Shown piece by piece: positions 1 through 13,691 of a stretch of DNA of 64,000 bases (its first letter is position 1; each line of letters opens with the position of its first letter). A program made the position numbers and the translations under genes. Origin of the DNA: Paraspadella gotoi (lineage: Eukaryota; Animalia; Chaetognatha); NCBI GenBank assembly GCA_051294375.1, contig CM119263.1, positions 13,966,414 to 14,030,413 of the forward strand. Reading direction: 5' to 3'. The notes beneath the pieces are model-generated. The model saw only the letters and a program-made list of their open reading frames with translations. It had not been told where the DNA came from and made no database searches.

Positions 1-406
1 GACAATGCCGCTTGGTGACGACGGAAGACGTCGAAAAAATCTTGATTTCTTTCATGTTGTCATAGTTAAAAGACAAAAAGGAAAAAAAAGTCTTTTTTTT
101 TCATTCGTTTTGAAAGAAATTAGGCCCATCTCTGCCTCCTCGCGAGAAAAAAAATAGGAAAACAAGTCCGATCCGGGGAAAACGACGCAAAAAAAAATAT
201 AATGGGAGAGAGAGAGAGAGAGAGAAGAGATATAGAAACTGTTTAACTTGCGATCTTTGTGCAAACAATGAGCAGAGTGAAAAAAAAAAAAGCAAGGATA
301 TTTTTTTCTGAGAGATAATTATTGAAACCCTCTTTTTTTATCATGTTGAATGCTCACATTGATAAAAAAAATTTTTCTGAATTTTGTAAATCTAATTTAT
401 TTTTAA

Positions 407-847
<441 letters not shown>

Positions 848-3800
848 AAACAAACTACCAGATTTCCATCGGAAGATTCTCCTCAATTACTTTACAGTTA
901 AATTTTGTGTCGTCAAAGACCTTTCCCATTTTTTTCCCCGCATGCTACTTCTCCCTTCCTACCCAGTATCCCGGCGCAGGCTGGCGATTTTCTGTGACTT
1001 ACCAACTTTATGGCGGATAACTTCTCATTGGTATCGCAAATACTAAGTTGACTCCAATGGATAAGCTTTCAGTTTACAACCGGATACCGTTTTTTTAGTG
1101 TTTAGCGTAAAAAAAACAAAAAAAAACCGAAAATTTATTGGCCCTGTACTTCTAATAAGCGATGATCTTTACATTTGCTTTCATAAAATGCAGTATTTCT
1201 ATTTTTTTCATCAAAATGTAGTTCTGTCATATCAGTTATTTTCTTCTTGTTTCATACTAAAATTTTTAGGGTCGGTGAAATTGGCTAAATTACGAAATGA
1301 ATGACGGGTAGAAAAAAAAGTTTTACGATCGGAAAACTTGTCTTGAATGTAATTATGTGCTTCGAAATTCCTTCATGTCTTTTTGTTTAATTTTATTCCT
1401 TTTTAAAATGTGTAAACCATTGTAAATATTTCGTATTGATTTACATTTTGTATTTATCCATTAATTAATGTTTACAAACAAGCGAAAGTTCGTTTCATCT
1501 TTAATTTTAGAAACTAGCTTTTATCAGAGAATGGAAAATTGAAATGATTAATTTTAATAGCTAGCTATGTAGTCTGAAATATCTCTCAAGCTCACGGTCA
1601 GTGTAACTCACTGATAACTGGTAGGAAACTAGTGTGGATAACGGAACTAGCTTGGCGGCTTAAAAAGCCGACGAATGCAGTCGAACAATGCACTAATCAA
1701 AACTTACCATTTCTCGTTTAATGGTCATTTTTATTGATCATGTCTCTGCGGTTGTTTTATTATAATAAGTTAATCCTCATTCAAAATAAAGAAAATGCCA
1801 ATGTCGTTTACAAGCTGCTTAAAATTTAAACGAAGGTATATTTCATCGAAAATATCATAATTAGTTTTCAGAAGCACATATCATTCTTAACACAAGCATA
1901 AAAAGTCCAGCATTTTCCCCCTAATTTCCACATCATTAAGATGTAAAAATCAGGAGTGAATGAATAAGACAGAGAGAGTCTTGATTGAAGGCTTGCAGAT
2001 ACCTGCTATGTTATTATGTTATTATCTTGTAAGTGTGATGGAGGCCTTAAACCACCAAAGCCTGTCCAAAGTCAGGGACAACATAGCTTATTTATAAAAT
2101 GAATGGATAATTTTTATATTGGTTGTACCAATTTCATTGAAGTATGTTTTTCTCGAAAGTTAGTGTTGTACTTTTGTTATCCCTTAATACTCCAAAATAT
2201 TACTGTTAGTAGTGACCTCTTCAGTTCAACTTTTCCTTATCGTTTGTCGACAGATCAAACAAAAATCACCGGTTTCTGAGAAAGAGATAGCTGAAAGGAT
2301 TGAATTCTGAAAAAAAAAGATACTTTCAGAATTATCCTTGACACATATATTTGAATATTTACATTTTTAATTTTTTTATAATTTGTATTTCCCGGTATTG
2401 AAATTACCAATAAGGTGAATAATTGCATGTATTCGCCTATGGCAAAAAATCATAATCAACATTATACATCAGAGAAAAAAAAAGATTACAAGCGATTAAT
2501 TTTAACGCGATTTTTCAAAATTCATTAAAAAAAAATTTCAATATTAAACAACGAACGGACGAATTGTTTAAATTTAACTACCTCAAGCTCTTGGAAAATT
2601 ACCCCGATTCCCCAAGGGGCCCTTAAGTCTTAACGGGTAAAAAAAAAAGGTAGGGTAGGGCAAGGGAGGTGGGAAAATTGATAATCTCCCACCAAATCGG
2701 AGAAAAATGAGAAAAAGAAGACAGGAGAGACACGGCCTTCGTGATTTCGACTCCCGCGTCCTCTTCCTCTTTTCGTCGTCGTCATCTTTTTCTCTTTCTC
2801 CGTCTTTGCGCTCAATTTTTTATTTCCCCCCCAAAGGCGTTTCTTGCTCCGCGTTCCTTTTGGCCGCCCGTGAGCGCGAACGCGTATGCGAACGCGCGCT
2901 TTTCACTTTTCCTCTTTTCGTCGTCGTCGTCGTCGTCATGGTCGTCGGGTCCGCGGAGAAATTCATTGCCGCGAAATTTCGAATTCCGTTGTCGGTGACG
3001 ATAAGGAAATTCGAGCGCTGTTAATTCTATTTCAAATCAGTCAAGACGGAGACGGCAACGAAAATAAAAAAAACATTTTCTTCTCAGCACCCGACTTTTT
3101 GTTATTTACCTTTCTACTAAATCGTCGATTGCTACTAAATAAGCGTCTTTAAAAACTTAAATAAATCGTCCAACTGATGCAAAAGTAATCTTCTCGGCCC
3201 CGTTTCTAATAAAGGAAAGAAGCACGCGAAGAAAGAAACCGATGCAACACGACGATTAAAGAATGATGGTAAGTTCAATATATCGATGATGGTAAGTTCA
3301 CTCAATATATCGATTTTCGTTCCCTCTGTATTTTCACTTTTTTTATCCTTGATTGTTTTTAATAACTCGGACTTAAAAAAAAAAGTCGAAAAGGTATACA
3401 ATTGGGATTTTTTATGAAAAAAATATGTATACATACATACATACATACATACAAAAATATCAGTTTTATTTCAAACGGTAAAGATTCATCGATGGCTTGG
3501 TCACTGCCGCGATCACCCGTCCAAGAACCTAGTTATCAGGCTCACATCCCCCAGCCCTCCACCGCCAAATTATATCATTATATCATTATATTTCCCACCT
3601 CTTCGTCTTCGATATCAGTCTCCCTATTTTCATCGTCTTAATCATACATCATGTCCCGAATTCCTTTTCTATCATCTTCAAGCACCTCGATTACACAATA
3701 CACAATCATCTTCCAACCTTCAAATGATTCGAACAAAGACGACGACGAAGACTAATTCAATGACAAAGACGACGACAGAGTCTTTGTACATTGCGACCCG

Positions 3801-4095
3801 TAGTGGTCAGTAAGAATGACCCGTTATGACCGACCTTGAATGACCTTGTTATGGCTGACTTTTTCCAGCCAATGTAAATATGCGTTTTATTTCGAAGTAC
3901 GTATATGAGCATCAAACAAAGTTAAAGTTTGAATGAAAACTATTTCTATTGACAAAATAGGTAATTGTTGTTGTTGTCATTTTTTCAGTCACCGCAACCT
4001 CACATTTTTCATTGCACATCGTTCTATTGTCTTAAATCGAGCCAGTGACCAGTGACCACTTGAATCATGGGAAACAAATACGTCGCCATAATCCT

Positions 4096-6487
4096 TTACT
4101 CCAACACGACCATCTCGACGTCGACGACGCCGTACTTCCCGCACAGGCGCCCCACCCACCAGTCCGTCCTCCGCAAGTAGTGATCCTGCATGACCTCGAT
4201 GAGGTCGCCGGCGCGAAAGGCGAGGTCGACGGCTTCGGCGCCGTCGAAGTCAACCAAGGCGCGGGCGGCGAATTTGGGGACGGAGAGCCTGACGACGTGT
4301 TGCGGGGATACGAGGCCGAGGGCGACGGAGGGATCGTCGCGATGACGGGCGACCCACTTGGGCGAAGGATGACTCTCTTCAAGGACGACGAGAACGTCGC
4401 CTTCTAAGAATGACTGTTGATGAATAATGTGTACAAAGCTTTTGATTAAAACTGAAATTTAAAGTTAAACTCTGACTTTTCAGTGAATAAAAAAAAAATC
4501 AGTGACCCCACTCAAAAAAAATAGGGTCTCTGAAATTTAATAAACTTAAGTCATGCGTGCGAACCGCGGAGTGGGGGATGTGTCAAATTGTGTCTCCAAA
4601 TTATGATAGATTTAAAAACTTGAAACACTTTCGTACATGTTCGAACTTACCAAATCCTCGTCGACAGCGCCATTGTCGGCTTTCCAATCGCAAAGCGCCG
4701 CGCATTCGAAAATCGGCTCCAAATCGAGGCGCGCCAACTTACGAGGGCAAACGAGGCCGACGACACCTCGGACCGCGCCCACCCACCATTGTGTCACGTG
4801 ATTGTCCGAGATGACGGAAACGAAATCGCCTTTAGTGAAGTGAAGGATGCGTTGGTCCGAGACGTTGTCGAACCCGGAGAGAGCCACGCAGTGGAACTGT
4901 CACCAAACAATACTTATCATCAATCTATTGAATTGAGCTCTTCCAATGTGCGGTCGGAGAAAAAGAACGCTGGTCAATCATATATTCCTCTTCTCCTTTT
5001 CTTCACCTTCGAATCCTTTTCCTTCCTGACGATCCATTCCGGGTCGACGAGGCCCACCGCCCCTTCTCGTTTGGCGGCCATCTTTCCCGACGGATGTTCC
5101 TCTTCCAAGACTTCCAACGTCTGCCCCTTGAAGACCTTCAGCGCCCCCTCGGCCTTCAGAGGTGTGTCACCGAGCGCCACGGCTTCGTAAATAGATTCCT
5201 GTTCGAGTCGGACGAGCGACGCCGGACGAACGAGGCCCAGTTCTCCGTGGAGAGCGCATACCCAGTAGCCTGGTCAATGTGGTCAATGAAAATCATTCAT
5301 GGGACATTAAGGTTTTTGTGAAATTTTCTTGGTTTTTTTTTTTCCAATTTCTTACAGACTTTCATTTCGTCTTTACATATAAGCATTATATCTTTTATTA
5401 CATATTTACTAGGTACATCTTATTTCTTCGATTCCCATCTAATATTTTCAATCAATTCCTCACACCAACCGGAAGGATGGTCCGTCTGCAACACCTCCAC
5501 GCGGTCGCCGACTTCGAAAGCCAAAAAACGTCGGTCCATTTTGTCGGTGGAGAACATCCAACTCTGTCGCAGGCGAAAGCTGATCCTCTTCGATTTGGCG
5601 GGCACCACTTCCGTTTTGGGCTTGGTGTCGAATGTGGGCGTGGCCGAGTGGCGCGAATCGTCGATAGCTGATGCGCTGAAGAGCGGGCGCAGGCGCCGCC
5701 GGACGACGCGGCGGGGAGAGACGAGGCCGACGGAATCGTCGAGACGGCCGCGGAGACTTTTGTTGGAGGAGGGGGAGGGGGTCAAGGAGTTGTGGAGAGG
5801 CTTATGTTCGATTTACGTTCAAGACGACTATTTTTGCTTAACGTTATTTGATAATCTTATTTTTAAACTAATTAAGATCTGTCCCAACAGCTGAAATCAG
5901 TTTGAAAGCTGAAACCTTAAAAATTAAAATGCTTACACGATGATCTTGTCTTTCTTCATCTCAGCAATTAAAAGTAAAATTATCTAGGTCTTTTTGGGAC
6001 TTAAACTTTTAATTTTGAATTCTTTTAATCAGCGGCCGATGACAAGTTCGAAGAGGAAATATATTTATAAAACATGCAGCCACTTTATTTCGCGTTTTAT
6101 CATTATAAAAGTCATTTGCGTTCCTTTTATACGATAAATGTACATGACATACACAATTACTTCTCTTAATTCCTTTTTTTTTACCAACGGGAACTTGTAA
6201 GTACTTCAAACCTCACGCGAGCATCAAATCAAAAGATTAAAGTCAAATTCGCCCAGAAATCAACACTTCATTGTATGATATTGTATTGTCTGGTCGCCAA
6301 AACAGTCTAACTACTGAACTATACAAACTTACTAGTCGTGCTTCTCGCCGCGATCCACGATTTCGATGACGTCGTTTTTACAAAATTCTAAAAATTCCGA
6401 GTCTTTGGCCGAAGGCGAGTCCATCAACGCCACGTAGTCTCCAGCCACGTCGTCCAGCGAGTCTTCATGTCTCTTTTGTGCTTCCAT
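4096..6487 (-). CDS. Multi-SH3 protein (six tandem degenerate SH3 domains, ~422 aa), 5 exons
   Basis: Exons 6487-6333, 5756-5470, 5269-5007, 4896-4651 and 4413-4096 join in frame via GT-AG sites (1269 nt). The product repeats an SH3 pattern (AL..D/F...L.F..GD.I.V....WW.G....GLV.P..V), e.g. ARALVDFDGAEAVDLAFRAGDLIEVMQDHYLRRTDWWVGRLCGKYGVV and VALSGFDNVSDQRILHFTKGDFVSVISDNHVTQWWVGAVRGVVGLVCP. The exon-2 donor could be 6 nt further on. Confidence 0.85.
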
Positions 6488-7345
6488 CTTGAACCAAATC
6501 CCCAAAAATCCGTCAAGTGTCGAATATTTGGTTCTTTTTTTTTTTTTTTTGGTGTTTAGATGCGGTTTTCTTTATTCTGTTCTCGGATGAGGATCCTCTT
6601 CTTTGCTCGAAAACGAAAAAAACAAATCAGGCCACAACAAAAAAAAAAGCATAAACAAAAATTTGCACGGTTTTCTTTTCTCAATTCGTCATGAAAATAA
6701 GAATAGAATCAGAAACAAATAGTGTTATTCGAACTCTAACAAGATGTACTATTTACATTCCATACGTCAAAACTATCAAACAAAGCGGTATAACTACTAG
6801 TAAGAAAATTATGAATTCCCAGTGTTTAATAATATTCGAAATTCTCCAGAGGTTTTCGGAGGGATGTGTGATAACCAATAAAAACAGAGAGAAAAAAAAG
6901 ATCGGCTACCGGATTAACTAGTCTTGAATCCCGCATAATCCATCGACATTCGACAGTGTTTCGCAAACCAAGCTCAACGTTTGTTTATTATCAATTTGTT
7001 AAATAGTTATTCGAATGGCCGGCAGTAGTTATTTTCAGCAATGACATCATGACAGTAGAATACCCGATTATTTTTTCTCATGGCCGGCCCTCTTGTCCGT
7101 AATCGCATCGCTGAATTAATTTCCTATGACTATTTTTGAATTTTTACGGAGCAATAATGAATCGGATCTTTTAACTTTAACTGGTCACATAGCTAAAGAT
7201 GAATTTAAATTTGTATTTGCATAAGTAAATAATCGACGTTAATTTACGTATTCGTTTTAAAAATCTTACATCACCGTCTCGACGTTCCTTCTCTTCGAGT
7301 CGAGGACGAATTTCGACTTCGACGATGCCGAGAAATGAAAACTAC

Positions 7346-7387
<42 letters not shown>

Positions 7388-7478
7388 CACGCAGGGGTTT
7401 TCCCGAAGTGATTTTTAACGAGTCGTCAGCGATAATGGTTATTTGATTTGAGGTTTTCCAAGGCAACCGCGCATCCTC

Positions 7479-7928
<450 letters not shown>

Positions 7929-9015
7929 GAGCATGTTGGCAAAGAGACTTCCCGAAGCAAAAACCCGCGAAAAAAGAAGATAGAAAAAGAAGATGGAAAA
8001 TCAGATGGTGAGAGATCAAGAGGGACAACCGTGATTGATTAGAAATAGATATGGGGAGACGCAGGCGGGTTTGGGGGAATGGGATTTGTACGAGGAAGAA
8101 ACGATAACCAAGGAACGAAGTTCATCGGGAATTGCCTTTCTTCCATTTCCGGTCTTTGACATAGTTTTTTTTGCGCATAATCTTTTACCATCTGATGCAA
8201 AAAACGATTCGGTTCCCTTTTTTACAATTAATTATTCGACGAACGATTTTTTTAATTAAATTGTGGTCATTTCGAAGCTTACTATAAATTTGTAAAAAAA
8301 CTCATTATTCACACATTATCTCTGTGAAATGATAAATCGAGGTTGGAACATGAGAGATGTTCTCCCTATCGAAAAATTGACCGCGGAATTCTGAACCGAA
8401 AGAAAGATGAGCTTACTATAAACTTTTGAAAAATTTGATATTCGTTCGAACTTCAATTTCGGTGTAAGAGGAATTCACTCAGAGAAAATAACGTTTAACC
8501 AAAACAAGAAAATTCTATGTCCTCTCGAGGTTTAAATGAGAGAGAGAGAAAAAGAGAGAGAAAACAGAGAAGTTGCGGTTTCCTCTCTTGTTCCTCAGCC
8601 GCGACGATTTTTAACAAAAATAAATAATAGAGAAATTAACAGATTGAATAATATGATGATTAAAATCGTTTAAAATCAAAGTCAAAGTCTTCATGTCAAG
8701 TAATAATGATTATTTTCGCCTCGTCGACAGTTAAATGAGTCACGTAGTAAGTATGTAAGTTCGAAGAAATCTCTTCCATTTCACGCAGAAAGCTTCCTTA
8801 AAGTTAAAAAAAAATCTTGTTAAAACTGCATCCTTTATTTTTCGTCTCCCGTCGTAAATCAAGTCCGGGTCAACGTCCCGAAAAGACTCTCCACTTTTTC
8901 TCAGTCATTCGATCCAAATTTCTCCGTCGAACTTCCAACGACTCGCATGACGTCATTTCCGCCTCGAAGTCGTTACGAGTTTTGAAACAAAGGAAACTCG
9001 ATCGCGAAAGAGGGA

Positions 9016-9562
9016 GTGGGGAGATTGTGGGGAGAAGGGGAGAGACTGCGGGTAAGAGAGTGGGGAGAGATTGTGGGGAGTGTGGGAGAAGGGGAGAGAC
9101 AGTGGGTAAGAGAGTGGGGAGAGATTGTGGGGAGGAGTGTGGGGAAAGGGATAGACAGTGGGTAAGAGTGGGGAGGATTGTGGGGAGGAGTGTGGGGAAA
9201 AGGGGAGAGACTGCGGGTAAGAGAGTGGGGAGAGATTGTGGGGAGGAGTGTGGGGAGAAGGGGAGAGACTGCGGTTAAGAGAGTGGGAGAGATTGTGGGG
9301 AGGAGTGTGGGGAAGGGAGAAGACTGTGGGTAAGAGAGAGGGGAGAGATTGTGGGGAGGAGTGTGGGGAGGGGGAGAGACTGTGGGTAAGAGAGAGGGGA
9401 GAGATTGTGGGGAGGAGTGTGGGGAGAAGGGGATAGACTATTGGTAACAAGATTGTGGGGAGGAGTGTGGGGAGAAGGGGAGAGACTATTGGTAACCAGA
9501 TTGTGGGGAGAAGACTGGGAAAAAGGGGAGAGACTGTGGATAAGAAAGTGGGGAGAGATTGT
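9016..9562 (+). repeat. G-rich minisatellite, ~54-60 bp unit, ~9-10 copies
   Basis: Consensus is approximately GTGGGGAGAGATTGTGGGGAGGAGTGTGGGGAGAAGGGGAGAGACTGTGGGTAAGAGA, repeated with small variants. Confidence 0.92.
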
Positions 9563-9633
9563 AGTTTGAGTTAGAGGAGAGAGAGAGAGAGACTTTGAAG
9601 TGGAGGTTGGAGCGAGGAGAACCTTTAGGGGAG

Positions 9634-9760
9634 GAATAAGAAAGCAGGGTGAAACAGCAAGAATAAGAATAAGAAAGCTGGGTGAAACAGCAAGAATAAG
9701 AATAAGAAAGCAGGGTGAAGCAGCAGGAATAAGAATAAGAAAGCAGGATGAAACAGCAAG
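9634..9760 (+). repeat. 33-bp tandem repeat, ~4 copies
   Basis: Unit GAATAAGAAAGCAGGGTGAAACAGCAAGAATAA; it explains the repeated FHPAFLFLFLL in spurious ORF 9625..9975. Confidence 0.88.
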
Positions 9761-11011
9761 AAAGAAATAAAGTTAAAGAATTTGAGGAGATCGCGATCGA
9801 GAAAAGTGATGAATGGGAGAACGGATTGAGGGAGATGGGTGAGGACTGAGGGGAGAGAGACCAGCCTGACCTCCTCGCGACGCAATCGAGGAGCGGGCGT
9901 GGCCAGGGTTACGTACCGGCGCCTCCGCGTTGCACTTGCCAACCCGCGACCCCAGTCCACACCCCTCCTCCCCAAAAAAAGGGGAAACCTCCGACGGAAT
10001 GTTATGTTTTATTTCATTTCCATTCGTGGAAATGGTTTTATGCCCACCATTAGCGAGTCCGGGGCCGAGCGGAGGGGTCAGATTCCGGCGAGCCTCGTTC
10101 TCGATTGGCTCCGAGTCGTGCTTTGGCCGGTTGGCGGCGCGGCGGGCCGACTGGCGGCCAAGTCATAAACAAAAGGGATTTTCGAGAAAAAGTCTGACCT
10201 CGCAGGCGCCTGTTTTAAAATGCTTTCTCACACAAAGCTCCTTATTCAATCGGTTAAACCCGAATCGAGAGTGGCAGAGTGAAGGGGATGGAAAAAAAAA
10301 AGAAAGAAAGAAAGAAAGAAAAGAATTTCTACTCCTGTTTCAATGTTAAAAACCCGGTTTTCCTTAGTTTTTTTTTTCCTTTTTATAACTGAATCGAGGA
10401 TTAGGTTTTATAGAGGATTTTATTTCTTTACAGCAAGTGAATGAAAATATTACTCAGGAGTCGGGACACATCCTTTCATTCTTCGGACTCGATAATGATG
10501 ATTTGGCGAAAGAGCGAATTCGTCATCGCCCAACAATTTGAATCTTGAGAAATGAACAAAAATAGCACCCATGTCATTCGACTGTTGTTTTCCGCCTCGA
10601 ATCGACTCTTGACTCAAAAAACACAAAGAAACCATTTTTCTTATTTTCATGGTCGTCATTGTCGTCGTCGATGTCGTCGTCGTCATCGTCTTCGTCATCG
10701 TCGTCGATCTCGTTTTTCTCTCTACAAACAAAAACTCTTCCAAATAAAGTCACCCGTCATTCTTTTGCAGTCTCTCTCTCTCTCTCTCTCTCTCTTTCTC
10801 CTCTCTCTTCTCTCTCTTCTCTTTCTCTCTCTTCTCTCTCTCTCTCTCTCTCTCTCTCGATCCTCTTTTTCTCTGTTTTTTCTCATAATTCATGGAATTG
10901 ATATTGAGGGATTTGAGTTGGATTTCAAAAGAAAATTGTTTTCGCTTCTCCCGTCATGAGTAACCAAGTTTGAGGCGAAGTGCGGAGTGGTTGACTTCGC
11001 GCGTTTGTCTT

Positions 11012-11072
11012 TGCGCATGCAGCGTTGTCGCGCACGTGACCGCTCTATCACGTGACCCTGACGCACGTGACC
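11012..11072. promoter_or_regulatory. Cluster of three CACGTGACC E-boxes plus an NRF1-like TGCGCATGCA motif
   Basis: CACGTG at 11033, 11049 and 11064, each followed by ACC; TGCGCATGCA at 11012-11021; all within a short CpG-rich patch. Confidence 0.4.
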
Positions 11073-12503
11073 ACCGGCGCCTCGACTCCAGCATTTACTT
11101 GTTTAACAAGTTAAATCGAGGACGCATTTTTTCTATCTGTTATAATGGCCAGTAACTATTCCAAACAGACTTACTATTAACAATCTATTCGTTCATTAGA
11201 ACAATTGGGATTTATCCTTAATTATTAAATTATTATAGATAATGTTTATCGCCTCTCCAGATCATCTATTTTTTCCGTAAGGAGTCAAGCCGGTATAATG
11301 ACGTCTTACATGCTGAAATAATTAAATTTTCACACTATTAATTTGTTGTTGTTGTTATATTAAGTACTATTTTGTGAATTTTATGTTTATCGTTTCCGTT
11401 CTTGTTTTTGCGACAGGAATAAAATTAAAAATTTTGTTAAAATACCCATGCATAGCTTTTATGATTATCAGATGAGTGTTTTTATGTTTTTATGTTTTCT
11501 AACTCCTGTGCTTTCAATAAAGTCTTAAAATGTCTGTGAGAAAAGTCAGAATTCTCGAGGCGGAGAAATCGGGAGAGAAATTGGTAGAATCGCGAAAATC
11601 TAAAGAATTGCCAGCAACGGGATCTCGGGAAGAATCGGTTATGACGGAATCCCCGCCCTCCGCTTCCTCCTCCTCCTCCTCCTCCTCCGCCTTTTCCATT
11701 TCTATTTTGACGTTTTCATTTTCGATCTGGCGTCGAAAGGATATGGTAATGATCTCTCGTTCCGCAGGCGCCGCGCCGACGCGGTTTTCTCTGCGGAGCA
11801 GCGGTTTTCCCCCTCGCGAAACCGTTTTTTCTCCTCGAGGAAGCGGGTTGCGTCGAAAGAAGGTGGTTTGGTTTTTTTAGCAGCTAAGAAACGATTTTCT
11901 TTGTAACTATTGATAAAGAACGTTATTTCATATGAACTGTTTGTGTTTGCTGCAATATTTTTTTTTCTAGTTATATTGTAGATCGTCTGTTAAGCCTCTC
12001 ACTTCTCAACTTGAAAGTTTGTTTCAACTCATGAAATGGTTTTCAGCGTGAAGGAAGAAATCGTAGGAAATTTCAAAAGAAAAGGCGTCTCCCAACTGAA
12101 TATTAGACAATACCGACAACGATTTATAAAATATTATCTAAACTAGTAGATATTAATCAATTAATTTAATCATTATTTGCAACATAAATATCGCAATAAC
12201 ACAAATTTACCGACGCTCTTCCAACCCTCTCCCGTTTCCCAAATAAGGAGAATGACCGCCGAAGAAGTTCATCTCCTTTCTCGGAGACTTCATCGTCGGA
12301 AAAGAGAGAGGAAAGAGAGGAGAGAGGAGAAAAGAGAAAGGTGGGAGAGAGAGAGGGGATGAGAAGCGGCATCTGTTGTCTGAGGAATCTCGCGAGGAAA
12401 AGGATATCAACCGCAAACCTGTTATCACTTTGGAAATTTGGTTTATCGCCCAATATATTTTTCTGGCAGTTCATATGATGGGGCGCTGATAGTTTCGCCT
12501 TGT

Positions 12504-12628
<125 letters not shown>

Positions 12629-12866
12629 ATTCGATATCGAAATTTCAGCCGACGCCACCAAAGAGGCGCGCCCGTCTTCCGCTTTCGGCACCAACGCCAC
12701 GCCCCCCTTCCAATCTTCGTCGACTCACCGCTCCATGATTTTCAATTCCCACTTTGTCGGATGAAATTATGCGGCCATAACCGTTAAGGCAAAAACAAGA
12801 TTGTTGCCGTTGTTGCCAGGTCTTTACGTTATAGACCATTCGCTTTGATAGTCACCGTTCGTCGGC

Positions 12867-12969
<103 letters not shown>

Positions 12970-13691
12970 GGGGGTGTTACGACGCCGATGCGATGTAACC
13001 GGCATTGTTAAAACAACGATATTTTCGCTTCAAGAGACGAATTCCAGTTTTGGAAAATTTTGCTTTTGCTCCGACGGAGGGCGCTACGCCGCTACGGCTT
13101 TGGATGTCGTTGTTGCATATGTATCATCACAGATGAATAAGAGAGAATAAGAGTGTTGCACTCGAGACGTCAATTTTTCTCATGAAATGAAACGGTAATT
13201 TTAATGTTTTGCGCCGCGTTTACTTTATAAACTATCAAGTATTCATTTTTTATTTTGATTATTATTTTGATCATATGATAGCATTTCTACGTGGTCACGT
13301 GATAACATAAGCATGGAACATGTGCCAATTATTAAGTTAAATGGCTTATTAATACATGAATTATGCCGCATTGACTTTATGAGATTATGTGACCGCAATG
13401 TAAGAAACACATGAAAAATACGCATATGAATTATGATGGTACCTAACATTTCTGTATTAACAAAAATAAAGCAATATTACCAGAGTTGTCAAAAATCTGA
13501 GCTTGGTTTATTATAAGCTCCAGCTGACAGCTTCAGATGCATTCCATGAAAAAGCATTAATCAATTCTAATTTGTTTGTCTTAGACTTAATTTGACGGAT
13601 ATTTCCGATTTTAATAATCGGCTACTAAACTAATCCATTATTTTTTCTTTCATCCTTCCTAAAGTTTTATTTTATCTTCTTTCCGGAAAAA

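Noticed and set aside
1609-1636. Hammerhead-like string CA-CTGATAA-CTggtAG-GAAA-CTAG-TG-TG with palindromic ACTAGT
   Set aside because: Core G8 is A, the cleavage triplet is GUG and stem II is only 2 bp; at best a dead relic.
6009-6209. Intronic ORF KYLQVPVGKKKGIKRSNCV, loosely like an SH3 C-terminus
   Set aside because: It is AT-rich with no phase-compatible acceptor, and the exon at 5756 completes SH3 unit 1 properly.
8817-9450. ORFs with repeated GRDCGEECG or PHSSPQS
   Set aside because: By-products of the G-rich minisatellite, open in several frames on both strands.
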